NCBI GenBank assembly: GCA_000091205.1
Contig: AP006493.2
DNA: 64,000 nucleotides
Direction: 5' to 3' (one strand)
From: Cyanidioschyzon merolae
Lineage: Eukaryota
Below the pieces are notes generated by a model that was not told where the DNA came from, searched no databases, and saw only the letters and a list, made by a program, of their open reading frames with translations. This document shows positions 1-10,559 of the stretch, piece by piece. A program made the translations under genes and the position numbers. Each line of letters starts with the position of its first letter. Positions within the stretch are counted from its first letter, which is position 1.

Positions 1-1125
1 TCGCCAACGAAGCGGCGACGACGTGCTCACGCAGCCGCGGTAGTGACACCAGAGCCCAAGTCGTCCGTGCGTGCTAAATGGCCGGCTGTCGTTCCAGCGC
101 AACGACGTCTCTGCTTTGAAAGCTCATCTGAATCGAATTCGAGCGAATTCCTCGAAAGCGAAGAAGAAACCGTGACAGAGGAAAGCAGTACCACCTCCAG
201 CGCGGATGTGGCTGGATCCATGACCAGCCCGCTGGTGCGCGCACGCCATACACCGGTGTCTCTGCGTGCCGCACAGCCTTCGAGTGCTCTTTCGAGATCC
301 ACTGCAACCCAACGGGCACGTCAGCGACGCTCCAAGTCAGAGGATGCGTCCGGTGCGACGCTCCAGGGCGAGCATGACAAGATCCAGCGCATTTCCCGAC
401 AGCGGCCCAAGTCAAGCGGGCGCAATCGGGGATCCTCTGCCAACCGGGGAAACAGGGAGCCAGCCGAGCGCGCAACACGATCAACGAACACTCGCGAGGC
501 CTCGCCTAATAAGCGGAATGCCCGCGCAAACACCACGAACGAAATGATTGCAGACGAATCCAGTGCTGTTACCTCGACAGCCAAGTCCATGCGTCGCGGA
601 AGCGCGCAAAAGTCAGAGGCAGCGAAAAAGTCTCCACAACGGACGCGCGGCGCATCGTTATCCGCTATGCCGAAGGCAGATTCCAAGGCCACAGTGTCGT
701 CGCATGAGGAGCACGCCCCAGATTACTGGCAAGCGCAGCGAGAGCGAGCATCCGCCCGTCAGGCGGTATTCTACAATGCACGCTACTGGTCCCAGGCCAA
801 CATGGCAGCATACGTCGCGCGACTGCACACGATTCAGGCACGAACGTATCCGCACCTGAGCGTTTCCCCGTTGCTGCTCACCGGAGCGACACCGCTGAGT
901 GCGTGCTCGGCGTACCCGCAGCATCCGCTGGTGCAGCACCTACCGGCTGAGGCGTGTCGATTCGACCCGCGAGCCTCCGGTCGAACCGTACCATGCGCAG
1001 CATCGGTACCGGTATCGTCGCTGTATGCCGGTCCAATGGCGAATCAGACACTTGCCCAGAGCGTTTCGACCACCGAGAGTGAGTCTGCTGGGTCCATTCC
1101 ATCGGCTGGGATGCGCACGCCATAG
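1..1125 (+). CDS. Partial 3' end of a low-complexity Ser/Arg/Ala-rich hypothetical protein. The frame is open from base 1, so the gene continues upstream of the window.
   Basis: Frame 1 is open from position 1 to a stop at 1123-1125. The track ORF 43..1125 starts at a GTG. Composition is strongly biased (S, R, A, T, E) with no recognisable domain. Confidence 0.3.
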   Translation, partial: SPTKRRRRAHAAAVVTPEPKSSVRAKWPAVVPAQRRLCFESSSESNSSEFLESEEETVTEESSTTSSADVAGSMTSPLVRARHTPVSLRAAQPSSALSRSTATQRARQRRSKSEDASGATLQGEHDKIQRISRQRPKSSGRNRGSSANRGNREPAERATRSTNTREASPNKRNARANTTNEMIADESSAVTSTAKSMRRGSAQKSEAAKKSPQRTRGASLSAMPKADSKATVSSHEEHAPDYWQAQRERASARQAVFYNARYWSQANMAAYVARLHTIQARTYPHLSVSPLLLTGATPLSACSAYPQHPLVQHLPAEACRFDPRASGRTVPCAASVPVSSLYAGPMANQTLAQSVSTTESESAGSIPSAGMRTP

Positions 1126-4100
1126 ACGGGATATAGTGTTGGTGGTGCTGGTGGCGGCAGCGGCAGCCGCATCCACTGCATAGGGCAAGGCGTCCCTGAT
1201 TTTATGCGAGACAGCTAAACATGCTTCCAACAAGACGCAGTCGTGTCGAATCCTGTACTTGCATGGTTGATCACCAGTTGTCCAGGGAAATCGTTCCCAG
1301 TCCATGATCATGGACACCGATCGAGTCGTACGGGATTTCCGTCCCGCAAGCTACGAAAGCGCTGGTCCGGGCGCTTATGGAATGCTTCAGTTCCGTGCCT
1401 CTGATTTTTCTTCAGCGCAAGTTTTCTGCGTTCCTGCATGACGCTCACAATACATACGAAAAGGTTTCCTGGATACATTGACCAACACAGAGACGCTGGA
1501 CGCTCTGGAGGCAAGCAGCATTGGCAGCTGTTGATCGATGCGTTCAGGTCTCACGGGCAGGATGTGCTTGCGCGCTCGGTTGCTGGTGAAAACGCACCAT
1601 AGCGGGCATCTGGACTCTGATGACTTCGCTATCCGATGTTCGATCAGTTTAGGGTTCACCATCTGGTGCAAGCGGCTCTGTTTCATGTGCGTTTTTTCTA
1701 CCAGTTTCAGCATGCACCCGTGCTCGTGACTCATGCATGGACGCCGTCTTGAACGTGTCAAATGGAATCATTGTGCATCGATTCCCTCACTAATAGTATG
1801 CTCTTATCAGAGCAACAGGGGCGCTGCCTCTGAGCGCTAGAGCATCTTCTCTCCCGAGCATCAGCTGTGTTGTCGCATGATGCTTCGATTGAAAAAGCTG
1901 CAGAGGACTATGGACAGCTAGCCGATCTGCGTCTGGGCCTCCTACGAACAGTTGCTTGACGAGGTGTGCCATGAAGAGACGCGCTCAGCGGATCATTCTC
2001 GAGTAAGACGCTGTTCATCCCCTAGTGGCGTCGTGCATCTCATTTTTTGAAAGATTCTCTGTCTTGGTGTGTTTCAGTGTGAGAAACTTGACGATAATTT
2101 AAGACTGAGCTTCCTGGTGCGACGGTTTCCCGTCCTTGCGAATCTGGTCCTCTTTCCGAGAGAATCATTCTCTTCCTTGTCCGTTTTTTTTCGCTTTCTC
2201 CAAGGTCGCCCTCGCGTTTACTTGGCGCAGTGGCATGCGTGTGGACGCTGTTCAAGGCATCCGTTTTTGCTCGTGATGCAGACGCTCTGGGCGGACGTTG
2301 GGGCTGAAGTTTGCCGTTTCTATGTATAGGTACTTGCTATTCCTCAACTAGATTTTCTTCACTGTCTCCATCACGAGTACGCCCAGGAACCGAGGAGCGC
2401 TTTCAGGCCCTCTCCCGCGCACGAGCAAAGCAACGAAACATTCGTTCAGACTGGTGAATGTGGAGAAGGGCTTCGTCGAAGAACGGTATTACGGATGCGA
2501 CCGATTCATCTGTTTATCAATGTGCCCGAACATAGCGTTGGGCAACGACGAAGCCTCCTTCGACTGAATCGAACCAGCGGGAACATGTAGGCAGGGAGTG
2601 CAGCTCTATACCAAAGTCAGCTGCACGCTTCTGGACTGCTTTCACTTGATGGACTGCCACGTTGTCCAGGGGCAAGACAAAAGGATGTGGGAAAGAACAG
2701 ACACAAAGCGACTGGGCAAAGGATGAGATGTTGAATGATCCCGTGTCCGCGTGGCGATTTTGAGGCGACTGTACGATAGAATTGGTGCAAGGGCAGATCT
2801 TTTCCGAATGTTCGCTTCGCTCTTGTTAGAGAATAGGGATTCGTCGCTCAAACACTGAATACCCATATACATATCTATCAATTCTTCCAACAAAATGAAG
2901 CCCCGTCGAATGGAATGAACTTTCGTTGATCACGATGCAAGCGTTCGCGTTGGGTACCAAATCGACCCTGAGTCGTCGATTGCGCAACGGACTCGTTCAC
3001 CAGTGTGCATGTCTTGTTTGCCAATCCCGGTATCTTCATCACCGATTGTATGAACCGTGCGGAAACTTCGCACCATGCGGCTGCTTTGGTGAAATTTTAT
3101 ACAGAAGGTAAGGAGTGAGCTATCCTGACTAGGAGATAGCTGTACGGAGATATAGTTATACAAGTTCTGTTTTCAGCGCGCGACGTTCAGCATAAGGACC
3201 ACCAGACGGGTGGTTCATCCATCTGCTGATCATCATGTCACTGAGATGCACCAGCAAGACCCTAATTACGCTAGCTTGCCGTGGCAGCATCAAGTGCTTC
3301 CGCGACCTGTCTCCAATTTACGCAATATAATCCCGTTGTCGAATGCCTTCGAGAAAAGTAGCAGCGAGCAGAAAGTCTGCACTGGTCGGCGTACTCCAGC
3401 ATGCACTGCTCTAAGTATCACGCCAAAAGCCGTCGGTCTAGAATAGTGGCTGTGTCTCGTGCAGCTCTAGCGCAGTTGGTGCATTGGACCAGGTGCACGT
3501 GCCTCCGTACGCCATATGGAGCGCTGTTCACGTCCTCACAGATACTGCAGCCAGTTTTTGAATGCATCCCCGCACCGAAGCGGTGCAAGTTCAAGCTGAT
3601 AAGCGCACATGGTACCCGCACCCTAAATGTAGGGCTGGCGGGACGCGAGGGCGCAGTTTGTGCGATCCCCGCATACGTGAATAGCGGCTGAGTAACCCGT
3701 TGTTCGCAATGAACGGAAAGATTTCTTGCCAGGTCGCATCGCTTTCTCTACCCATATGGGAATCAAATGGAACAGGTGCACTGAGCAAACTCGGACGTAC
3801 ACTTTAAGGTCGGGCCGTTCCCCAGTGTGGTCAGCACCACAACTTGTGGAGTTTTTTTCAGTGACTGCCTCCATTTCAGCTCTCTTACATCTGGCTTTAA
3901 AGACGGCAGTCTCTTCAGTCAACCTAGCTCCACGATCAGCAGTCGAGGGATGATGCTTGTAGTCTTCGAGTCCTGAGTTTTCTGCTTCCACCAGTAGTCG
4001 ACGCATTTCGTGCACTCGTGGAAGTTGCGATCTACGCTGCGCTTCCTATTTTCATCTTCGTTGTGTGTTCAGCCTCGGTGCGCCCTTCGCAGCGCTGACG

Positions 4101-4220
4101 CTCGGCATGGGTCAGGCCTGCGCATCTATCCTCAGCGCCGCCTCCTCCTTACAGGAATGCATTGTGGTGCTTGAAGGCTTGCTTCATCGCTCGGTACACG
4201 CACGAGACTGATGCGGAAGG

Positions 4221-4250
4221 CTCAACTCAACTCAGCTCAACTCAACTCAA
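4221..4250. repeat. (CTCAA)n pentanucleotide microsatellite: 6 units, one CTCAG variant.
   Basis: Direct reading: ctcaactcaactcagctcaactcaactcaa. Confidence 0.9.
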
Positions 4251-5383
4251 TGCCCTCTTTCGTTTCCTGGCTTCATGCCGTGCCCTAGGATTTCGGGCTT
4301 GGTCTGGGCGATCGCATCGGCGAGCTCTGCTACTCGGCTGCACGCGCGAGCGCACATTGTTCTATTCAATACAGGTTTTATGGAACGCGATTCCATTTAG
4401 AATGACACAAGTACCGGGCGGTGAATCGAGACTTGTGCAGATACCAAGAACTTTGGATCCATCTACGTTTTTCTTGCTGGGCAGCATGACACGCGCTTCC
4501 CTGGGACCGATCGTTGCGATGACTCTAATCCTGGTCCGAGATCTTTCTACCTGCAATCATAGGAGACGCGTGCCCCTGGGAGCATATCCCGTGAGGGTTA
4601 GCAGGCAGCAGCAGAATTCCGCTTCTTCGACTGCCACGAAGAGATCAGGAATTGTCTTCTGGACGGAAATGATTATTTGAAGTGACACTTTGAGTCAAGT
4701 TCCAGCATGAGTTTGTGAACGAGTCGTCGAGGCATGACGAAGCGTACTTTTCGTCGTCGATTCACTGGTGAGCACTGTTACGCCAAAGAGTGGCCTTTAA
4801 ACATAAAGGTGGAAAAATTTAAGAATGCGTGGAATGAGCATGCTACCCATAATGAAAGAAGAAGAATCCTGACTTGTACCTATGCATCGGATTGTGATAT
4901 CGAACATGATACGAAGCTTTACTCGAGGGCGTCCCAAGTCAACGTAATGACGATGAAAGAGTGCATTCCACCGGCAATGCATCCAAGAAGCCGCCTCAAA
5001 AACACCGTGATTCATGAGACCCCAGATGAATCCTCAAATCCTCATCGCGCCACTTCGAGAGCTGAACCTGTCCATCTAAAAAGGTCGACAAAATATCCAA
5101 AGGCAGGAACGGGGCAAGCATTCCAGCATTCCATTCTAATCTGAAGCGGTTGCAGGACTGGCTGCTGACGCCTTCTATGACCAACGTCTGCAGGACAGCT
5201 CCCTCGACCGATAGAATGCCACCGTGCTTGTGTTTGTTCGACAAGTGGCGAGACGCACACATTCACCAACATACAAACACGCACGCACCAAAGCGTTCCA
5301 CCAGTGCCTTCTGGACAGCAGAGCGAGGGTACGCATTCTGGAAAATCGAACGCTCCTCCTCCGCTCGCTGGCCACTGTGCATC

Positions 5384-8300
5384 TCACTGCACTGCTACTG
5401 TACCGCAGCGTTCCGATGCTAGCACTGAGAACATTCCTGTCCCCTGCGAGACGACTTGGCCGAGACAGAGCCGTGCCGACGCCGACTCGAGTTGGTCCTC
5501 CTCTCGTGCCAGGGCAGCATCCCGAAGAAACTGACTGGCGCTCTCAAAGGACATTCGTTGAAGCGCGCTCGGAACACTGTCCAGCATCCGCATACCGGTG
5601 CGCGAAAACGGACGACAGGCACCCAGAGCAGTTTGATAGTCCGCGATGAGCGAGAGATGTCGATAATCCACCGCGATGCCGTAGGCGGCAAAGACGGTTT
5701 GAAGCTCTCGTACAAGACGAGCACGAGCAGCCTCTATGCCGTATACGCTCAAGACCTCGGAGATGTGATTCGAAAACAGACCGTCCAGGTCGAGTTCATC
5801 ATCAGAAAGTGTCCACGCCAACCGGATATTCGATCCCTCTGTGCGCAGCGCTATGCCGCCATCCTCTCGGGTCGTCAGTGTAGTGTTCCGTATGTTCTCA
5901 ACCGCACGGACGGGCACCCGCTCCGCCGCCGCAAGCGCAAGCTCATCCAAAAAGAGCGTATACCAAGCAGCGGAAGGCAACCAAAGGCTCATCTCGACCC
6001 GATTTGGAGACGGAAAGCGCACCACTACCGCATCGTTGTCTTCGGGAGCATCCGGCACCTGAGGCAAACATGGCGTATCACCTGGTGCGACCGTCGTCTT
6101 TGATCGGATTTCGTCGTTATGGTCCCGCGACGCTATCTTTTCCAAGCCTTCGGATTCAGAATCCACAGACAGTTCTGAGGACTCGTCCTGATCGGTGCTG
6201 CGGCGCGCTACAAGCTCGTTATCAGCAGGTACGGAATCCGCGGATGACTCTGAACTGGTATCCGACAAACCAGCATCCAACATTTCCGTTTCCACTGGAG
6301 CTTCGGGCTCACCAGAGTCCTGGTCTTTCTCGTTCAAAGTGACGGATGAAGACGACCAAGTCTGCTGGCTATCAAGCTCTCGCAAGCGTCGGGCAATCAG
6401 CGCCTTCAGCACTGGACCATACGTCTTCTTCGTGGCGGCCTGGACATTGTTCGGAGAGATACCCAGCACCTGCGTCCATAGCTCAGGCTCAGCGAGCACC
6501 ATGATCAGGGTCAGATGAACTCGCTCATTCCGCTTTGCTCCCTGCAAACGCAGCTGCAAACGAAGGATTAGATCGCGCAAACGCACAGAGCGCAGAGCAT
6601 AGCAGGTAGCGACAGCGCGCTCCCTCGAGACGCCCTCTTTGAATGGAATCTGCATAAACGGCGTCGCTGGAGCCGAACCCGGGAACATGAGAAGCTCACG
6701 CAGTCGTGGCACACCGGCGGTAACGTGTTCAACACCGATCCCGGCGAAATGAAAGGTATTCAGGGTCATTTGGGTACTGGGCTCACCGATCGACTGGGCA
6801 GCAATCACGCCTACCGCGTCGCCGGGTGCGGCAGTCGATCGCGTGTACCACTCGAGCAATGCGGAACGGTGTGCCTCATCCAGGGTCTCGTACATCTCGA
6901 GAAGCGCCGGCGGGAGCTTTGGACTAGATGCGGAATGGGTGGCGCAAACCTCAGCGGCGGAAACGGCATTCGACTTTCTCGTGGCATTCGACGGCGACTG
7001 CGAGGCAAACTTGCCAGCACTGCGCGTCCCATCGGCAAGTAAAATGGCCATGAACTCCGCTCTGTGTTGGAGCCAGAGTGCTTGACACGGATCAAGACCG
7101 TCTTCGCCGTAGCAAAACTGGATGATGGATCCATCAGACTCTCGAACAGTTCCATCGTAGGCGATTGTGACCCCCTCGAGCGCCTTCACGAGACATCGCT
7201 GCAGATACCCGGAGCGCGCCGTCTTCACGGCGGTATCGGTGAGGCCTTCCCGCCCCGCCATGCAGTGAAAGAAATACTCCGGCGGTGACAAGCCCGTCAG
7301 GAATCTCGAAGCGATAAATCCACCAGCAAGTGCGGTGCTTTCATACGGCCGGAAACAAGGCAACGTCCAGCCAGCAACAGACCGTGGAACACGCCGCCCA
7401 TCGAGTACGGTGCTACCGAGCAGGCACGATATCTGCGCCGCATTGACCTGGGAGCCTTTTGCTCCACTGGCTGTCATCAAAGCAAAACCGTTATTCGGAA
7501 AAGGTTTGCGCAAACCGGCCGGTATGCAATGCTCGGAAACATTAGATGCGATGGATGCGAGTTCCTTTTTCATTTCCATATCGAGGAGCAGTTCGAGCTC
7601 CCGGCCGCGTTCCGTGCGAAGCGCCTCTGCGAGTGCGTGTTCCAGGTCGACCGTGCCGTCTGCCGGGAGACCAAGCACTCGTCTGAGGACGCGGCTTCCA
7701 ACGGTTATCTGTGTATCTTTGAGCATCTCCCAACGAATTCGCTCTGTTGACGGCAGCAGGAGCAAATCTTCCACGCCTGTGCTATGTCCGTGGCGGCGGA
7801 GGAATATCGTTAAGAGGCGGCCAAGGCACGAAAGCAGGTCACAGGCCGCCTCCGGGCCATAGAGGGCATGCACACAATGGACAAGTCCAAAGGGAGCAGC
7901 CCCAATCTGTGCTTTGTCTACGACTCCTTGCAACAGTTCACCATCTCGAATGATAACGATACTTTCCTCGGATGCGCTTTGGCCCCAAAAAGCGGAACTC
8001 ACCTTGGCCCGGCTCTGCATTCTAAGCTTTCTATGGCGGTTTTCAGGATCCGCCAAATGTGCAACGATCCCCAAAACAGTGCTTAGCACCTGCTTCCCTG
8101 TCCAGTACTGTTGCGGGTACAGGATCGCCGGCGGAACGTCCGCGCAAACAGTGAACGGCCCGAGGGCTGACCCTGGCGCCGTTCCCTCGGTTCCGCGCTT
8201 TCTCTCCCAGAGTCGAGCAGTAGCCGCATAGATCAGCTCGGAATATTCCTCCCATGAAAAAAAACGGTCCCGCTGTGTGAGCAGCACCGCTGCCAGCACA

Positions 8301-10207
8301 TGATCCTGAATGAGGCCGCGCACTGGAGCTCCTGCAGTTGGCGATAAATAGTGGAAATCGATCCGCAAGAGGTATTCTGCTTCAGCAGCAGCAATCCAAT
8401 CCTGCGGCACATGCATATTCATTTCATCACCATCAAAGTCTGCATTGTAGGCACCACAGTTCGCATAGTGCAGTCGGAGAGTATTCTCCGTCGGGCCCAG
8501 GACGCGGACGCGATGAGCCATGAGGCCAACGCGATGCAGCGTTGGTTGGCGGTTGAACAACACTCGATCACCGTTCTGAAGATGCCGGAAAACGCGTGTA
8601 GGAACAACGCAACCATCAGGGAGTTCTTCAGCTTCGAAAAGTGTCTCCGCGAGCACCCCAGATCGCTTGCTATCACCTGCAGGAATTTGGATTCGGGTGC
8701 CGTCTCCCCGTTCGATGATATTTGCCCCTGGGTACCTCTGGGGTCCGCGATACACATTCTGCTGAAGTCGGGTCAGGTTCCAGGAAGCGACTAGTTCCGG
8801 AAACGAAAGTTTCATTGCAAACTGGAGTGGTACTCCAACTTCATTCACGTCCAGAAAGGGATCGGGAGAAATTACCGATCGCGCAGCGTAGTTCACTCGT
8901 TTCCCCATAAGATGCATCCTGAAAATCCCCTCCTTGTGCTCCAGCTGTTGCCGTATGCCCGGAGCACGTCGCATCGAAGCGGTTGGCTCTGAGTCCACCA
9001 GCTCCTGAACTGCTTGTTGGAGCTCAGCAACCGCCTTGCCGAGGGCCAGGGGATTTCTCGCCTTCCGCGCATCCGCTACCGACTCATTTGCCTTAAGCAC
9101 ATATGTGTAATGGAAATTTTGGGCATGCTCGCGGGGTATGCTGTTGACATCATCATCTCGAGTAGAAGGAAGACGAAATCTAGACGGTGGAACCAGAAGC
9201 ACCCGCAGCAAGAATGTGTCGAGGAGGTGGTGGCCAAACAAGTACCCACAAAGTTCAGGAGAATTCTGTTCTACTGCTAAGAGAATACGCACCACCATAC
9301 TCGGCAGTAGAAGCTGTTCCTTTCCAGCAACCAAACAGAGTGCCTCAAGCAGCTGCGTCTGACACTGTGCTTCTGTGTCAGGGCTGGCCTGAGCAGTTGC
9401 CAGCGTCGTCGCAGCAGCCTTTGATCGTTTCCGCGTCGGAGGCAGACGTGCAAAAATGCGACACCCGTCGGTGCGAATATGCACCGCTTTGCATCCACAG
9501 CGTGTGCAAGCTGCATTCGAGCTCGTGCAGTCACCGATGAAGCGCTGCATGAGTTGGACGCGACGACTGCTTCGCTGTACAGTGGTTAGCTTCTCCGTAG
9601 CAGCATCAAAGCGGTCAGTGTGAACACCAGAGTGACCTCCGCGGGCTGATTCGAGCCTGGGCTTTTTTGTGGAACTGCGGCTACCATCGCTGCTCTCGCT
9701 GGAGACATCGGAGGTCTGATCCAGGAAACCTGCCAAGTCCGGACTAGTGCTCTGCTTATCCAGTTGCAGGAGATCGGCGAGCGATTCGAAGTTTTGCCAG
9801 GTGCCTCGTTCCAGGTGTCGCAGACACTCAAGCCAAAGCTTCTCCCGAATCCGTGGCAAACGAAAGTTCGCACAGCCAAGACATACGCCGCGAAGAAGTC
9901 GCACAAGCAAGGAAAAAAGAAGCGGGTTCACGACGGGCTCGGCCAACTCGATATGACCGCAGTGACCAGGGCAGCTGAAAAACCCCAGACGGCACGTCGC
10001 GCAGATGCCAAACTTGTCATAAACGCCTAAGCGTGGATCGTAGAGGCCGCCGCGTACAGGCCGTCCAAGGTCGTCAAAGGCAACCGCAGACTGGATCTGC
10101 TGCACAGAGAGTTGCAGCACCTCCTCCGCCGTATAGAAACCAAAACCTACTCCACCTATTCGGTAGTGCACATCTCCACTCTTTAACGATACGACGCGCT
10201 CGTCCAT
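5384..10207 (-). CDS. RPA1: DNA-directed RNA polymerase I largest subunit (A190/RPA1 family).
   Basis: A 1619-aa uninterrupted ORF. The N-terminal zinc-binding region reads CATC...CPGHCGHIEL and the catalytic loop is YNADFDGDEMNMHVPQ. There is no heptad CTD. A long acidic/Ser-rich insertion (DSGEPEAPVETEML...SESEGLE) is typical of Pol I A190 rather than Pol II or Pol III. The track start at 10243 is a TTG; the first ATG (MDERVVSLK...) is at 10207. Confidence 0.8.
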   Translation of the reverse strand: MDERVVSLKSGDVHYRIGGVGFGFYTAEEVLQLSVQQIQSAVAFDDLGRPVRGGLYDPRLGVYDKFGICATCRLGFFSCPGHCGHIELAEPVVNPLLFSLLVRLLRGVCLGCANFRLPRIREKLWLECLRHLERGTWQNFESLADLLQLDKQSTSPDLAGFLDQTSDVSSESSDGSRSSTKKPRLESARGGHSGVHTDRFDAATEKLTTVQRSSRRVQLMQRFIGDCTSSNAACTRCGCKAVHIRTDGCRIFARLPPTRKRSKAAATTLATAQASPDTEAQCQTQLLEALCLVAGKEQLLLPSMVVRILLAVEQNSPELCGYLFGHHLLDTFLLRVLLVPPSRFRLPSTRDDDVNSIPREHAQNFHYTYVLKANESVADARKARNPLALGKAVAELQQAVQELVDSEPTASMRRAPGIRQQLEHKEGIFRMHLMGKRVNYAARSVISPDPFLDVNEVGVPLQFAMKLSFPELVASWNLTRLQQNVYRGPQRYPGANIIERGDGTRIQIPAGDSKRSGVLAETLFEAEELPDGCVVPTRVFRHLQNGDRVLFNRQPTLHRVGLMAHRVRVLGPTENTLRLHYANCGAYNADFDGDEMNMHVPQDWIAAAEAEYLLRIDFHYLSPTAGAPVRGLIQDHVLAAVLLTQRDRFFSWEEYSELIYAATARLWERKRGTEGTAPGSALGPFTVCADVPPAILYPQQYWTGKQVLSTVLGIVAHLADPENRHRKLRMQSRAKVSSAFWGQSASEESIVIIRDGELLQGVVDKAQIGAAPFGLVHCVHALYGPEAACDLLSCLGRLLTIFLRRHGHSTGVEDLLLLPSTERIRWEMLKDTQITVGSRVLRRVLGLPADGTVDLEHALAEALRTERGRELELLLDMEMKKELASIASNVSEHCIPAGLRKPFPNNGFALMTASGAKGSQVNAAQISCLLGSTVLDGRRVPRSVAGWTLPCFRPYESTALAGGFIASRFLTGLSPPEYFFHCMAGREGLTDTAVKTARSGYLQRCLVKALEGVTIAYDGTVRESDGSIIQFCYGEDGLDPCQALWLQHRAEFMAILLADGTRSAGKFASQSPSNATRKSNAVSAAEVCATHSASSPKLPPALLEMYETLDEAHRSALLEWYTRSTAAPGDAVGVIAAQSIGEPSTQMTLNTFHFAGIGVEHVTAGVPRLRELLMFPGSAPATPFMQIPFKEGVSRERAVATCYALRSVRLRDLILRLQLRLQGAKRNERVHLTLIMVLAEPELWTQVLGISPNNVQAATKKTYGPVLKALIARRLRELDSQQTWSSSSVTLNEKDQDSGEPEAPVETEMLDAGLSDTSSESSADSVPADNELVARRSTDQDESSELSVDSESEGLEKIASRDHNDEIRSKTTVAPGDTPCLPQVPDAPEDNDAVVVRFPSPNRVEMSLWLPSAAWYTLFLDELALAAAERVPVRAVENIRNTTLTTREDGGIALRTEGSNIRLAWTLSDDELDLDGLFSNHISEVLSVYGIEAARARLVRELQTVFAAYGIAVDYRHLSLIADYQTALGACRPFSRTGMRMLDSVPSALQRMSFESASQFLRDAALAREEDQLESASARLCLGQVVSQGTGMFSVLASERCGTVAVQ

Positions 10208-10559
10208 TTGTGTCTTATCAGCGTCTGGCTTGGTCAGTGCCAAGCGACTCCGGTCAGTGCGCTGCGAATAGTTGCGCGAGCACTTCGCCCCGGAGCGAGT
10301 GTGCGTTACACAGCCACCAGTGCAGCGCTTGTTGTTCGGGAAATTGTATCGGCCTTGTATGACGCTCTGCGTACGTACTTCTTGCGAAAGAGTGACAGAA
10401 TCAGGGCTGGTGTTCTTATTGAACCGTCAGAAGCAGCGATAACGGAGAGCGTCGACCTCGATCTCGCGCAAGGCGGGCTCCAGTAGCGTGTAGGTGCCTC
10501 GTGGTGCGTTTGGCGTGTGCTGGCTACGCGTTTAACCTGCAGGCGAGCTTCAGTGCCTC
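10208..10559. promoter_or_regulatory. About 350 bp divergent intergenic region, a presumptive bidirectional promoter, between the RNA Pol I subunit (-) and the MiaB-like gene (+).
   Basis: Head-to-head gene arrangement. No motif was verified. Confidence 0.3.

Noticed and set aside
1-1125. Calling the S/R-rich partial ORF an SR-family splicing factor.
   Set aside because: No RRM is visible in the window and RS dipeptides are not enriched. The composition is Ser/Arg/Ala-rich but not diagnostic.
5456-6103. Long antisense ORFs inside confirmed genes. Examples: 5456-6103(+) inside the Pol I subunit, 11361-12161(-) inside MiaB, 15266-15826(-) inside COP1, 18675-19034(-) inside TatD.
   Set aside because: These are shadow ORFs expected on the opposite strand of GC-rich coding DNA. 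They have no domains and fully overlap a strongly supported gene.
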